Source: Elsinoe ampelina
Taxonomy: Eukaryota
DNA length: 64,000 nt
Direction of reading: 5' to 3'
Assembly (NCBI GenBank): GCA_010093995.1
Contig: ML992505.1
Span: forward strand, 62,001-126,000
Part shown: positions 12,380 to 24,200 of the stretch, one piece after another
Numbering within the stretch: position 1 is the first letter of the stretch
Layout of the letters: each line of letters starts with the position of its first letter
Program-made: the position numbers and the translations under genes
Notes under the pieces: generated by a model
The model's input: only the letters and a program-made list of their open reading frames with translations
Database searches by the model: none
What the model was told of the DNA's origin: nothing

Positions 12380-12784
12380 TCACGACCCCCGGTAAGTCGT
12401 AAACCCCCACGGCCCCAACAACAACGGCACGTGAAAATGCGTCTGCGCCAGATCCGTATAGAATTTAATCTCCACCTCCGGGTAAAAACTCTCCGTCTGC
12501 GTCCCCTTCCAGTACTTTTCCGTCTCGAACACGATCCGCCACTTCAACTTTTCAGTTCCCGGGACAGCACCATCTTTTTGGATGCGGTAGACCACGTCTT
12601 GTGGCGTGATGGATTGTGTCCACGCGCTTACCCGTCCGTTGTCGTCTGTTTGTGCGGTGAAGGTGGCGTCGAATGTGTTGGCCGGTTCGACGAGTTGGAG
12701 GGTGACGGGGACAGAGGAGGCGGGTTTGCCGCGGGTTTGGTCGAGGACGTGGCAGGTGATGAAGGGGCGGTTTTCGGATGTCAT
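12380..12784 (-). CDS. 5-hydroxyisourate hydrolase (transthyretin-like protein)
   Basis: ITCHVLD..GKPA, TDDNGR, FYPEVE, HFHVPLLLGPWGFTT and the diagnostic C-terminal YRGS. Confidence 0.93.
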   Translation of the reverse strand: MTSENRPFITCHVLDQTRGKPASSVPVTLQLVEPANTFDATFTAQTDDNGRVSAWTQSITPQDVVYRIQKDGAVPGTEKLKWRIVFETEKYWKGTQTESFYPEVEIKFYTDLAQTHFHVPLLLGPWGFTTYRGS

Positions 12785-13081
12785 CTTGAGAATATAGGAG
12801 AGGCTGTTGGGGTGTACGATCTGCCTTGAGGATGATGATTACTTTTTGTCTTGTTGCGAATGGACTATGGGAGGGGAGAAGCGATGGGTGCTGACGGAGC
12901 TGGCCGATGAAGCTTCGGTGATGTCCTATATCAGAATATCTGACTTGGACGAGAGGAGTACACATTTGGCCAGTTTTGACTATGGTTCATGTAATATTAT
13001 CTACATTCTGAGGAATCTATCATAAGTCATGATTCGTCACGCTAAACACAAGTCTGGTGTTCTATTTACAAGGAGCAATGG

Positions 13082-14836
13082 TCACGTGCTCTCCTGCTTC
13101 TGCCGTTCAGCGGCTTCTCTCCATCGCTCTGCATAATGCTTCATCGCCCAAAGTGTCACAATTCCACTCAACAACGTCCAGACACCCAGAATGGTGAACA
13201 GCCATCCGTCGCCAATGCCAGTGATGGCTGGCTCGCCCACGATACCTGCTATACAAGAGAAGATGTTCCTGACAAAGTTATTGACAGCGATACCGTGACT
13301 GCTCGTGCTGGGCATGAATTCCGTCAACATGGTCGTGCAACATCCAAAGACAAGCATGGATCCCACGCCAAAGAAGAAATTGGCGATCATGGGCGCTGCG
13401 ATGTGTACACCTTTGCCGGCTGTCCAACCATACCAGACAAGAGCAATGGGGTACATGATAGCAGCAATCCAGACATTCTCTCGCATGCGATCTTCGGGCC
13501 TGAAAATCAGGCGACCGCGCTCATCGACTCGTCCTGCTTTCCGTGCTTCTCGCTTCATGATCCGGTCGACCCAGGATCCACCGAGTATGGAAGCGAGGAA
13601 GTAGCCAACGGAATTGGGAATGTACAATAGACCAACAACGAGGACACTGTAGTTGTATGGAGGCTTGTTGAATGTCTGCTGTAGACTGACGTTCAAGAAG
13701 TAGAGGGAGGCGAAAGTCATGGAAGCGTAGAAGACGGTCAGCGCCACCGGGGGACTGCGGAGATGCAGAATGATCTTCAGCGGGTCGACAAAACAACGCT
13801 GGAACATCTTTGTGTACTTCTTGGCCTTGATAGCAGCACTCTGTCGGGTCGAGCTTCGAGTCAATGTAGGCCGCATAGGTGTACCCTTCTCAGGATCGTT
13901 TGAGGAGGACAACGCAGCGAGAGCATCAGCCTCAGCCGCCGCTTTTATCGACTTTCGATTTCGCAATGTCTCTGGTAGACAGAGCAAGATCAATATCCAA
14001 AGGATGACGCCAAGTACTGCTTGCGACCACAGTGCCGATCTCCAACCAAGAGTTTGGGTCAAGATACCTCCCAAGATAGGAGCCAAGAGTGGTCCGCATA
14101 GAGGGCCAAGATAGAAGTATCCCATGGCTCGTCCTCTCTCCTTGACTTCCCAAACATCAGCCACCGTGCCGGCTCCGACAGCTTGGACAGATGCCGAGGC
14201 ACCGCCAGATAACAGCCGCATGACGATGAACATAGCCATGTTCACTGAGAGGGCGGATAGGATGTTGAAGATCAAGAAGAGAAAGAAGGACGTAATGTAA
14301 ATGGTCCTGCGACCGAGAGTCTCGGAGAAAGAGGACCACCAGAGCGGGAATATTGACATGGCAAGCATGTAGAATGCTACCGACATGTTTCCAATGAAGG
14401 GCGTACTACCGAAATCGTTTACTATTTCGATGAGTCCAGGAAAGACCAGTGTGCTTCCCATGGGCGCTGCCACAGCTGAGAGGGAGACGACGGCGGTAAT
14501 GACCCATTTGTCTCTGTTTGGAAGATCATACGGGTTCTCGACCTCTGGTATGACTGCAAACCTTGCCAATAGCCCTCGTCTTTGGCTTCGTGGTATCTTG
14601 ATGACATCCCTTTTCACACTGCTTGACTTTGATGGTGTCCGCGACAGTGGGGCTGGCTCCTCAAGAGACTCCACAGAGGTCGAGTCGGCCCCCGCTTCGA
14701 CATCTTCGAAAGGTTCCCCATCGTGGCTTGAAAATGTGGTTGTATGGGTGAGGGCCGGCGATGGAGCCGTCACTGACCCGTCTTCGTTTTGCGAATCAAT
14801 CTTGACATCGGACTTGTCTTTGTGTCCTTGGTGCAT
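13082..14836 (-). CDS. MFS drug:H+ antiporter, DHA1 family (Dtr1/Qdr-like)
   Basis: About 12 hydrophobic segments; SETLGRR (motif A), MRLLSG, ADVWEVKERGRAMG, GPLLAPILGG, GWR and PETL. Confidence 0.9.
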   Translation of the reverse strand: MHQGHKDKSDVKIDSQNEDGSVTAPSPALTHTTTFSSHDGEPFEDVEAGADSTSVESLEEPAPLSRTPSKSSSVKRDVIKIPRSQRRGLLARFAVIPEVENPYDLPNRDKWVITAVVSLSAVAAPMGSTLVFPGLIEIVNDFGSTPFIGNMSVAFYMLAMSIFPLWWSSFSETLGRRTIYITSFFLFLIFNILSALSVNMAMFIVMRLLSGGASASVQAVGAGTVADVWEVKERGRAMGYFYLGPLCGPLLAPILGGILTQTLGWRSALWSQAVLGVILWILILLCLPETLRNRKSIKAAAEADALAALSSSNDPEKGTPMRPTLTRSSTRQSAAIKAKKYTKMFQRCFVDPLKIILHLRSPPVALTVFYASMTFASLYFLNVSLQQTFNKPPYNYSVLVVGLLYIPNSVGYFLASILGGSWVDRIMKREARKAGRVDERGRLIFRPEDRMRENVWIAAIMYPIALVWYGWTAGKGVHIAAPMIANFFFGVGSMLVFGCCTTMLTEFMPSTSSHGIAVNNFVRNIFSCIAGIVGEPAITGIGDGWLFTILGVWTLLSGIVTLWAMKHYAERWREAAERQKQEST

Positions 14837-15762
14837 GTTTCGAGCTCCTTCTGGATAGCTATAGCTTCAGCGTAATCGGCAGGACGCTGTATTACTATCT
14901 AGCCGCGGTAGTTTCGATAGGTGTACCTCGCTCTAAGCACTATGTCGTACAATTGCTATGCCCGCGAGTCCAGGGATGAAGGTATACTAGAGTGTCATCT
15001 ATGCGAAGAGATTGAAAGACGAGCAGAGAAAAGGAAATGGTAAACCTAGCGTTCTGTGGTGCCGCATTTTCCGCGTTCACGACTGCAGTTGGAGCACGAG
15101 AATGAGGGGATGATACCGAGCAATTCGCTGCCGACGATCCGGAAATGGGAGCGAGTGAGAGAGTGGGATGAGTGAGCACTCGCCAACGACAAGAAGTCGC
15201 TGCCGTCAGTGCCGGAAAAGAGTTTGGCGTCGGGAGTTTCCCGCCGATCATGCACCTGCATTAACATTTTCAACTTGTCGTAGCCCGAACGAGATCTTGC
15301 CCTCCCTGAACCTCAACTTCATCCAACCTCTTTCCTGCATCTTCCAAATCGCCGTGCTACCACGTGCTGGCAACACGTACGTGGCGGCTCCATGTGCCTT
15401 TTCGGTCATCCTCTTCCGCACGGGTGCATCGTGGTGGAACAAGTATAACGAGATGCCAACGGTGACCCTTCTACGGCCTATCGCAGGGCTGGAACGTCTG
15501 GAATGTCTAGTCTCTTCATCATCGTCAAGTCCTCTTCACGCACTCTGTCTCATTTTGATTCACCGAGGACTGACAGAATAGTCATTGTGGGTCGCATAAC
15601 GGCTCTGGGCACTCGGCTCGCACTGTCATTGTGAGACTGTTCTTGACAAGGTTGGTATATGAAGGCCTGCTCTTCCTCTTTCCTTTCCTATAGTCATTCA
15701 TTCACTAATCGGTTTCGTTTTTCCCTTTCCTTCTTTTCATTCTTTCTTCAGGTCCATCCGGC

Positions 15763-16425
15763 ATGGCACCCCTCTCTTTCCTCGTTCCCCTTTTCCTCTC
15801 AGCGCAGGCGCTTTCCCTCACCATCTCCACCCCTACAACCACCCCGGCGGCGGTACTCACGAGTGCCATTCCGTCCGCCATGACCCCGGCCCCAGCCTTC
15901 ACTCAGACCATTTGCGCCGACAACCTGCACAACTTCGTCGCCCGTCCTCAAGGCACGGAAAAGCGCCGCTTCTTCTGTCCCGGAGTGGTGTCAGGACTTC
16001 ATGGTAACGACATCTCGACCGCCTACTGCTGCATCAACGCCATCTTTCTTCCCGAAGTTCCCATGACCAAGTGGGACTACGCGCACGTCGGCATCGCCAT
16101 CCCCAGCTCCGTCATCCAGCCTTCCTGCGTGCAGCCAATTCCTCTCACGGCTTCCAACTACGATGCTCTTGTCAGCGCCGCCGCACCAGCCATGACAGGT
16201 CCTCAGATTCCAATGGGTACTCCAGGCAGCGAGGTCGAGATCGATGTTGATGTTGGTGCCGTGGCATTTGTCACCAGTGCTTCTGCTCCTGCTGCAGCGA
16301 CCAAGACCCCCTCTTATACCTACACCGGACCATCATACCAGGGCGCCGCAGGAAAGGAGAACAGCAAGCCTATTGTGGCATTAGTGGTAGCAGTCGCCGG
16401 TGCCATGCTAGGTGCAGCCATATAA
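15763..16425 (+). CDS. Secreted, probably GPI-anchored Ser/Thr/Ala-rich protein with a small Cys-containing domain
   Basis: N-terminal signal peptide, Cys pattern C..CPG..YCC..C, S/T/A-rich linker and a hydrophobic C-terminal tail. Confidence 0.7.
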   Translation: MAPLSFLVPLFLSAQALSLTISTPTTTPAAVLTSAIPSAMTPAPAFTQTICADNLHNFVARPQGTEKRRFFCPGVVSGLHGNDISTAYCCINAIFLPEVPMTKWDYAHVGIAIPSSVIQPSCVQPIPLTASNYDALVSAAAPAMTGPQIPMGTPGSEVEIDVDVGAVAFVTSASAPAAATKTPSYTYTGPSYQGAAGKENSKPIVALVVAVAGAMLGAAI

Positions 16426-18130
16426 GAGACTAATGAAGTGGTAATGACCCGCCTCGAGCGGGAAAGTCCTGAGAGGGCACGACACTCCTTTGAATCATGT
16501 ACATATATAAAAACACATTCACTCGTCCAGCTAGACTGCGAGGAAGTGGTAATGAGGGGAGAGAAAGACACTCTTTAGATTGATCAGTTGGGAAGGGAAT
16601 ACGAAACCGATTCATGCCACCTCTTCATTTCACCTTGTCCATTATGATGTGCTCGCTATACTTGCCATTGATTTTTTAGGCTGTGACATTAGCATCATGC
16701 TGGAGTGAGCTTGCGAGAAGTGACGTTCCCCTCGGGAATGATGAGTTGCCGACCCCAACATTCGGCAGCTGCGGCTCCAATTTCTGGTCTGGTTCTCCGC
16801 GCTAAAAATACGAAGCTGAACATCGCACGACGGTGTGGTATGATGATGGGTAGTCGAATCCCGCTCCGTGCCCCGAGGGGGACACTTCCATCCCTTATCA
16901 TCACATGACATGTCCCGGCCAGCCTACCATTAAGCGGTCAATCTCTTCGGAACCAATGAAATCGTTCTTGCGCATCTCGGGGAGGATATCGAATGCTGAA
17001 CAGCAGGGTACGGTCGTACAAGCGAACAAGGTAGAGCTTCCTTTCGAGGCGTCGGAGACCACAAAATACCTTTTCTTGGCTTCCGCTATCGTTCTAGAAA
17101 ACATGGACACGAGTCGGGCACGATGCAGGAAGCGACGGAAATGACGAGCTCGAGATGGTGGCATTTTCAAGACGTAGTACTCATGCAGAAGAGGAGCTAC
17201 CATGATGGACTGAGATGGACTGGCGTGCAACGATAAAGTCCTGCTGTCAGCGCCTTCATCACTATCTTCTGGCCACCCTTTTTGCAACTCTCGTCAGCCG
17301 CCCTCTCTCTCTGTGTTTCACAACGCTTTGCCGATCAGTCACTACCTAGGTAATCAGTGGCTCCCGGGGTCGGTCCTTATCGCATCTCTGCCCGCTCATC
17401 TACCCCAGAGTGGCGAATGCCAAGGGGCGCCAGCGGACACCCTTGGTCAGGTACGGAAGGCAACTTGGCCACCGGGGGGTTGCATGAACGTCTTTACATG
17501 ATCCTTCACGATCAAAACGGAAATTGTTGCTATCTCTCGTCCAAGCACTTGACGCTCCGCCCCGCGGCGGTGGCCTATCGGAGGAGAGGACCATGATCTT
17601 CGTCTTGATCGTCGACGCGACCGCACGTCGCGCCTTCTTATCCCATCAATCTTTGAGCTTGTCTGGAAATTACGCCCTCTGCCAAGAATGTCCGCTCTCC
17701 TTGTCCCTGTCTTCGCACGGAGGTCTAGCACGGAAACAGGCAGGTAACATGGTCACCACCTGATATGCCGCGCTCTCAGCTTCGAGAAAACCCACCGACG
17801 TACCGGAGACCTCGCTCATCCCCGCCAATCCGCGGCCAAAGGTCGACTCGCTGTCACCCTGGAGTCCTCACTTGACCTGTGGGTGTTTGTCGATCAACGA
17901 TATACTCGCGAACATGCTTAGAATTATGCATCCCAAGCTCGCCTCCGTATCATTGCGTTCAGCTAATCAACGGCATGTGCATGCTTGGATGGCGTCCTCG
18001 AGGTGGAAGCGTCGGATACTCGTGTGACTGATGTTTGTATAAAGTCAAGTCACTTCTGCTCATTCATATCAACATCATCCAGCGTTCCACCTCTCTCATA
18101 CCATCTACTTCACCTCACACTTCGATCATC

Positions 18131-18990
18131 ATGAAGTCCGTCGTTGCCATCTTGGCTCTGGCCGCCACCGCCACCGCACAGTATGTTCGCTGCGCGGCTG
18201 AGCAACCTCCTGCCGAAATCACTCGACCAGTCGGGATCGACCAACGTCTGCTCGCCGACATTGCGGACCCAGAGATCGCCGCCTTGTCTGTCCAGACCTA
18301 CGTTCACGTCGTCACCACCTCTGCCGCTGCCGCCACCTACAACCAGGCCATTGTCAACCGCCAGATGGACGTTCTCAATGACGCCTACGCCCCGGCCGGT
18401 ATCTCCTTCACCCTTGCTGGGACCGACTTCACCGTCAACAGCCAGTGGGCTGCCGCCACCCAGGGCTCTACTGCCGAGCGTCAGATGAAGACTGCCCTCC
18501 GCAAGGGTGACTATGGCACCCTGAACCTCTACTTCTTGTCCAACCTTGGCGGGGGCCTCCTGGGATGGTGCACCTTCCCCTCCTCCTCCGCCACCCTCGT
18601 CAACGACGGCTGCATTAATCTTGCATCCTCAATGCCGGGTGGCGCTGCCACCAACTACAATCAAATAGGTCTCACTTACCGTCGTCGATGACCCTATGCA
18701 CTAACATATCGTAAGGTTTGACCGCCGTCCACGAAGTCGGCCATTGGTTCGGCGCCTACCACGTCTTCCAAGGCCAGTCCTGCTCCGGCAGCGGCGACCA
18801 GGTCTCCGACACGCCCATCCAGTCCACCGCCACCAACGGATGCCCCGTCGGCAAGGACTCGTGCCCGAACTCTGCCGGCGTCGACAGCATCCGCAACTAC
18901 ATGGATTACTCATACGACAGCTGCATGAACACTTTCTCCGCTGGCCAGATCACTCGCATGAACACTTTCTACAACCAGTACCGTGCATAG
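18131..18990 (+). CDS. Secreted metalloprotease, peptidase family M43 (MEP1/pappalysin-like); 2 exons
   Basis: Signal peptide [27 protein letters not shown] zinc motif; NYMDYS Met-turn. One ~50-nt intron at about 18665-18714 has atypical ends. Confidence 0.92.
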
Positions 18991-19278
18991 AGGGTTGCAT
19001 CAGCAGGAGTGGAGTGAGGGATGGAGTTGGCCGGGAGTCGAGGGTAAGGGGATCTCATTCGGTGTACATATTCTACTGGAACACAGTGAGGATAGCAAGG
19101 ATGATGAGACGAGGTGAGTGACGGCAGCACTTGATGTATATAGCACAGCCGTCAATAAAAGTATATTTAAGAATGTTGCTGATCATCTTCCCTAGCTAGG
19201 TTCTAATGTGTAGCTGCCAAGGCTCATGCATCACGCTGGTGACAAACTGCCATCCCTAACTAGGGCATGACTTACCTC

Positions 19279-19546
19279 GTAGTACCTACTACTATTCTAC
19301 TAGGTTGGAAAGCATTGAGGCACTAGCTATATAGAAAGGCCCACTATCAGCTTCTGGTAGCACCTCCTACTATGCTGCCAGGCTTCAAAGTACTACTAGC
19401 CACATAGAGAAGGATGTGCCACTACCATATGGTTGTAGTACCTCTCACTGTACCACCAGGTTTGAAAGCATTACTAGCTACATAGAAGCAGATATGCCAT
19501 CATCAGATTCTAGTAGTACCTCCTACTACACCATCAGATTTAGAGA
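19279..19546. repeat. 78-bp tandem minisatellite, about 3.4 copies
   Basis: Units beginning GTAGYACC start at 19279, 19357, 19435 and 19513, exactly 78 bp apart. Confidence 0.85.
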
Positions 19547-19756
19547 CAAGTTTCAAAGAAGGAGTTACATATGCCAGTTTTCAGGTTCTAGTAGATCTGA
19601 GGATGCGTACTGTGGCCCAGGCGAGCGGGTACGGATGCACCCCAGCCTCCGAGCTTTTGCCGCAAACTGCCTCATCTGGAGCTCTCCATCTCTTCCCACA
19701 ACGTTACCATCCTCGAACATCAATTGGTCTCGACATACTCTTCCAATTGGGTCAAG

Positions 19757-21237
19757 ATGGCGGACATAATTAAAGGTCTCTTCGGAGGCTCCAAGCCATC
19801 TGCTCAAGCTCCACTCGCCGCTGATTCGGGTACGTCTCCCCATGCGCAAAGGAAGCGCAAATGATCTCGCCCACCCTGCATTCGAATACCTCGATCAGTG
19901 TCGCGTATCATTCCATGGTGCTCTTTTAAACCTGGCAGATAGACTGATTTGTTGTCACAGACTTTGCCGACTTCGCTGGAGCTCCACCACCTCAAGCAGC
20001 CTCGTCCCCTTCTCTGTCCTCCGTCCCCGCTGCTCAGACCTTTGGCCCGAATGTCCCGTTCGCCCAGCGACCGTACACGAAATGGTACCGAGTCAACGAG
20101 CGCGTGTCAGCCGCCGACTTTATGGCCGAGGCTTTCATCCTGCCCATGCTTTTCATCCTCGTCTTCTTTCACATCTGGGGCACTCGCAAGAATCGGTCTT
20201 TGGCAAAGAATTGGATCTCAGCACACGCGACCACTTTGCGGAACGAGTTTGCGGTAGTCGGGTTCGGGCGACGCGCGCAAGAGAGTGATGCAGTATTAGA
20301 CCCGGACACTTTGGTCAAGGAGAAGTCAAAGGACTTGTACCTGTCTTACGCGACAGGACGACAGAACATCGCTTTTGCAGATATCAAGTTCACCCTCGCT
20401 AAGCGCTACAATCCCCTGAGCCGATATGCAGAGTCTGCAATCGCATTCTTCTTTGAGAGTTTCCCAGCGACCACCGAAAAGGTCGAGGTGATTGCTTACT
20501 CTTTCGATGGTCGGGAAGCTGATGTCGTACCGCGTGTACCGGGTCAACAAGCGCCAGAAGTCAAGGGAAAGAGCACATTTGAAGGCTTCATCTGGGCTGT
20601 GACGCACAAAGATGCCATGAAGCGTCTACGGGACGAGAGATACGACCTGAGCTTGACCATCACCAAGGAGAACGCCAAGCTGCCCAACTGGGCCACCGTC
20701 ATGAGTGAATCGGCCGAGATCACCGACCTGCTGCTTACCAAGGATCTGGTCAAGGCAATTGACGATTTCGGCGAAGGTTTCGAGAGCATCATCATTACTG
20801 ACCTGCCGGATGAGGCACCCAAGTCGTAAGTCTCTAATGATCGACTTATGTCTTGCATACTGACAATCCCCAGCCTCGATGCTCTTCAGCCAAAGAAGCG
20901 TCTTATCCTCACAACATCCCTCGACGCCGACCCTGCAGCCTCCAACGCTCTCCTGAACGCCTTCCTTCGCCTGCCAGATTATCTCGTGGCGCAAAAGTTC
21001 CGACCAGAGGTCATGCGCCGCGTCAAGGCCACCCGCGATGAAGAGGCCAAGAAGATCAAGAAGATCGAAGACCTAGAGAAGGCAGAAGGTCGCAAAGAGA
21101 AGCAGGACAAGGCCAAGAAGGAGGAGCGGGAGAAGAAGCTCAAGGCTATGTCTGCCGAGGAGCAGAGGAAGTTTTTGGAAAAGGAAAAGGAAAGAGATCA
21201 AAGGAAGAGAATGGGAAGGCAGACCATGAAGGCGTGA
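19757..21237 (+). CDS. CCDC47/DUF1682 family ER membrane protein; exons 19757-19829, 19961-20825 and 20874-21237
   Basis: Single TM followed by GTRKNR, SYATGRQN, KRYNP, MSESAEI and a C-terminal K/E coiled coil; canonical introns with GTACGT and GTAAGT donors. Confidence 0.85.
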
Positions 21238-24200
21238 ACTCAAAGGCGAAGCGTAGATGGCTGCCGTATTGCGAGCTGGTGTGGATATGTGGTGTGCATA
21301 GCGCCGTTTGGAGATATTGTAAGATCACTCGAAAAGAAAAGTACAGCGGACAATACAGCGAACATTTCAAATGTGAGCACTCGCTCTCAGTGTGTCACAC
21401 GACCCCTGCTGATCTCGAACTTGGTGAATGCTGAACGCTCTCCTCGTCGACACGAGTGTCATCCCTGTGCCGTTAATCCTCGAAAGCAACCAAGTACCCA
21501 CTACCAATAACATGTCATGCACCAAAAACGCAATGGAAGGGCCTCCTTTGCTGGTAGTCCTTGACAGTCGCTTCCAACCAGGTGCTGCTTTGAAGATGTA
21601 GTGGTGGCGCTTGCTCTTACGATCATTGCCCACTAGAACGGGTCAAATACTACCAATAGCATAGTCATCCGCCAGAATCTCAGATCAATGGCTTTCTTCC
21701 TGGTAGTTCCCAACGAATCATCCTACCAGATGCTGCGTCAGAGGCGTAGAAGTGCTGCACACTGTTGCATTTGTTGGATACTAGAATAGATCAAAGACTA
21801 GCAGCATGGTCCAAGGCACCAGAAGGTAGTACTCCACGGTAACGACTCTGTGCACGAGTGTGACTGTCAAAACATCAATAACGCTCCTACGCCGAGCCGC
21901 AGCCAAGCAGACAAGCGAGTGAGGATTCGCGTGTGGTGACCAGATAGGAGTCTGGTTGCTCTTGCGGCTGCTAAACTGGCCAAAGGGCATGCACAGATGC
22001 ACCGGTGCGGTGGCAATTTCTGAGTCATCGAGCGTAGAGTAAGGGGGCGCTTTTACACATGAGTCCGGCGGATGGTAGCTCTTCCGCTCATCCGGTCGGT
22101 ATGATATGGCCTGGTGATCGTGTATGTATTGCCTGACGCCCGGCATACCAAGGATGACAGGAGCACTCATCAGCACAACCAGCAGCCCTCCCACACGGAG
22201 TAGTCAGGGAGTTGGGACAATCGCGCCGCATGCAGGGCCTCAACTCCTTCGCGCCGCTCGTCGGGTGATGTGGCTGAGCCGCGACACCATGGCGTTTGGT
22301 GAATGACGGCTCGGATCATGCCTCGTATTCCGGGGGACGGGAGACCGGGAGTGAGGGATGATCCTGGTATCTGTAGATTTGGTCGCTTCGGTACACAGCA
22401 CTCTGCAGGCAAGCTGATTCTAGAGTTCCAGCAGTCGAACTTGGCGACTGCCATATTGCTTTACAGGCCCTCTCCAGAAGGTGTCAAGAGCGATAGACCA
22501 ATGCTCGATCTCTTGACGCGCCGAGTTTAGAGTCATTCAATGTCTCATTCGCAGGGTCGCAGCTCAAAAGCTCCAGAAGGAGCAAGGGAATGCGTGTTTT
22601 TGGCTTGAATGACCACTGAGCCACCGGTCTATGCCCAGCCTGCACAGCTGGCTCGGAATTGCGGGTTTGACCAACCCGGTCACCATTCTACCATGCGTCG
22701 TCGAGTCTGCATTGGCGTGGCTCGTGTCACGAGCGGCATCACTATGCTTAGACTGAATAGTGCATCGAGAGCCAAGTCGGATAGTCGCGGTTTGGTCTGT
22801 TCAGTGCGTACAGGACACTTGGCGTTATAGCAAGCAGCGGTGCGTCTGTGCTATTGATAGTTCGCGAGTCGAGACATACCACCGAGACCGAGGCCGTGGT
22901 CCGCTCTCCGTCGTCGAGCCGGCCGAATTGTCGCACGGTAAGGTAAGGGAAGCGAGAGATCTGCACGACAAATGTGCGGTATGGAAGGCGACATCCCACG
23001 CACCAGGCAACCAGCAAGATCTAGGGCAGCCTACAGAGGAAATTATGACGCCTGAGCGTGAAGGGCCGATTCAAGAGGGGCCCAGCAAGGCCGGTACTTG
23101 ACCCGAACGGTCGGTTTTCGCGACAGTGAGGACGGTAAGAATCCTTCAACAGGATAGCGATTCTCACTAAGCAAGCGTAGACTAATGCAAGGCGAAGGGT
23201 GAGAGCCAGCTGACACGACTCGGGTTGCTTGAAGCAGGCACTGCTGACCGAGGAACGAAGGTCATCCATCATCTCGTCTTTTGTTTTCTATACCCACTAC
23301 AGTCGAGACTCGTCCGAGAAGTCACCGCTGTGCCGGCCAGAGATGGTAACTTAGTTGACGTCTTCGCACGGGTGGGATGTCTTGACGAGGCTTCATCCCA
23401 GTTCGCTTCGCAGCCAAGTTGAATGAAGACACACGGCCGAGACAAGCCGAGGCTGCATGAGAGTGAATACCAAGATCTGGCTTGATCCTTCGCAGTGAGA
23501 TCATGCAAGAATATGCGAACGGGAGCCACAACACGTTGCCGCCAGTCAGTCGGGTCAGGCGGTGACCGATCATGTAAGAAGACCGGCGAACGTGGCCGGA
23601 GTGAGGGTGATTACGATCGTTTTTGGGAGGGAACTAGTGGGAAGGGAAGCGAGAGGCCAGCCATGCCAGTGTGGTGTTTTCGCCAAGGGTGGAAATTGGT
23701 AAGGCGTACGGGACTTTTCCATAGAACTATCCAAAGACCATTGATAGGCAAAAACTGTATAACTTGGTGGAAATCTCGGGGCCGGACCTCCCGTACTGGG
23801 GAGAGACTCTATGAGGCCATGGTGGAATGGTCCAAGGCTTGAAACCAGTACGCGTCGCGTGTTTGGTCACAACTACCAGCACTGCGGCTCTATGTAGATG
23901 ACACACGAAGAGGCAGAGCTGACTGCATGGAGTCGTGTTCCTTCGAGTGTTGGTGGTGAAGCCGTGAAAAACCACTCAAGCAGAGAACAAGGAGATCAGC
24001 GGAAATCGCTGCAGGTCATGCTGATCTTTCTCTGGGGAGGGAGGGCTTTCTTCTCGCCAGAAAGTCAGCCCGACCAAGGTCCAAGATATGCCCTGTGCTT
24101 CTTCGTGTGGGACAGTGGGGTCTTCCTTTGGTCCAAGGGGTCTTCCTTCTTCTGCATGAGCATCCATGCACACACAGTCACACACACGTGCTGGTAGGAC

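Noticed and set aside
11648..16425. GNAT, HIUase and MFS as a secondary-metabolite cluster
   Set aside because: No backbone synthase or cluster transcription factor, and the functions are unrelated.
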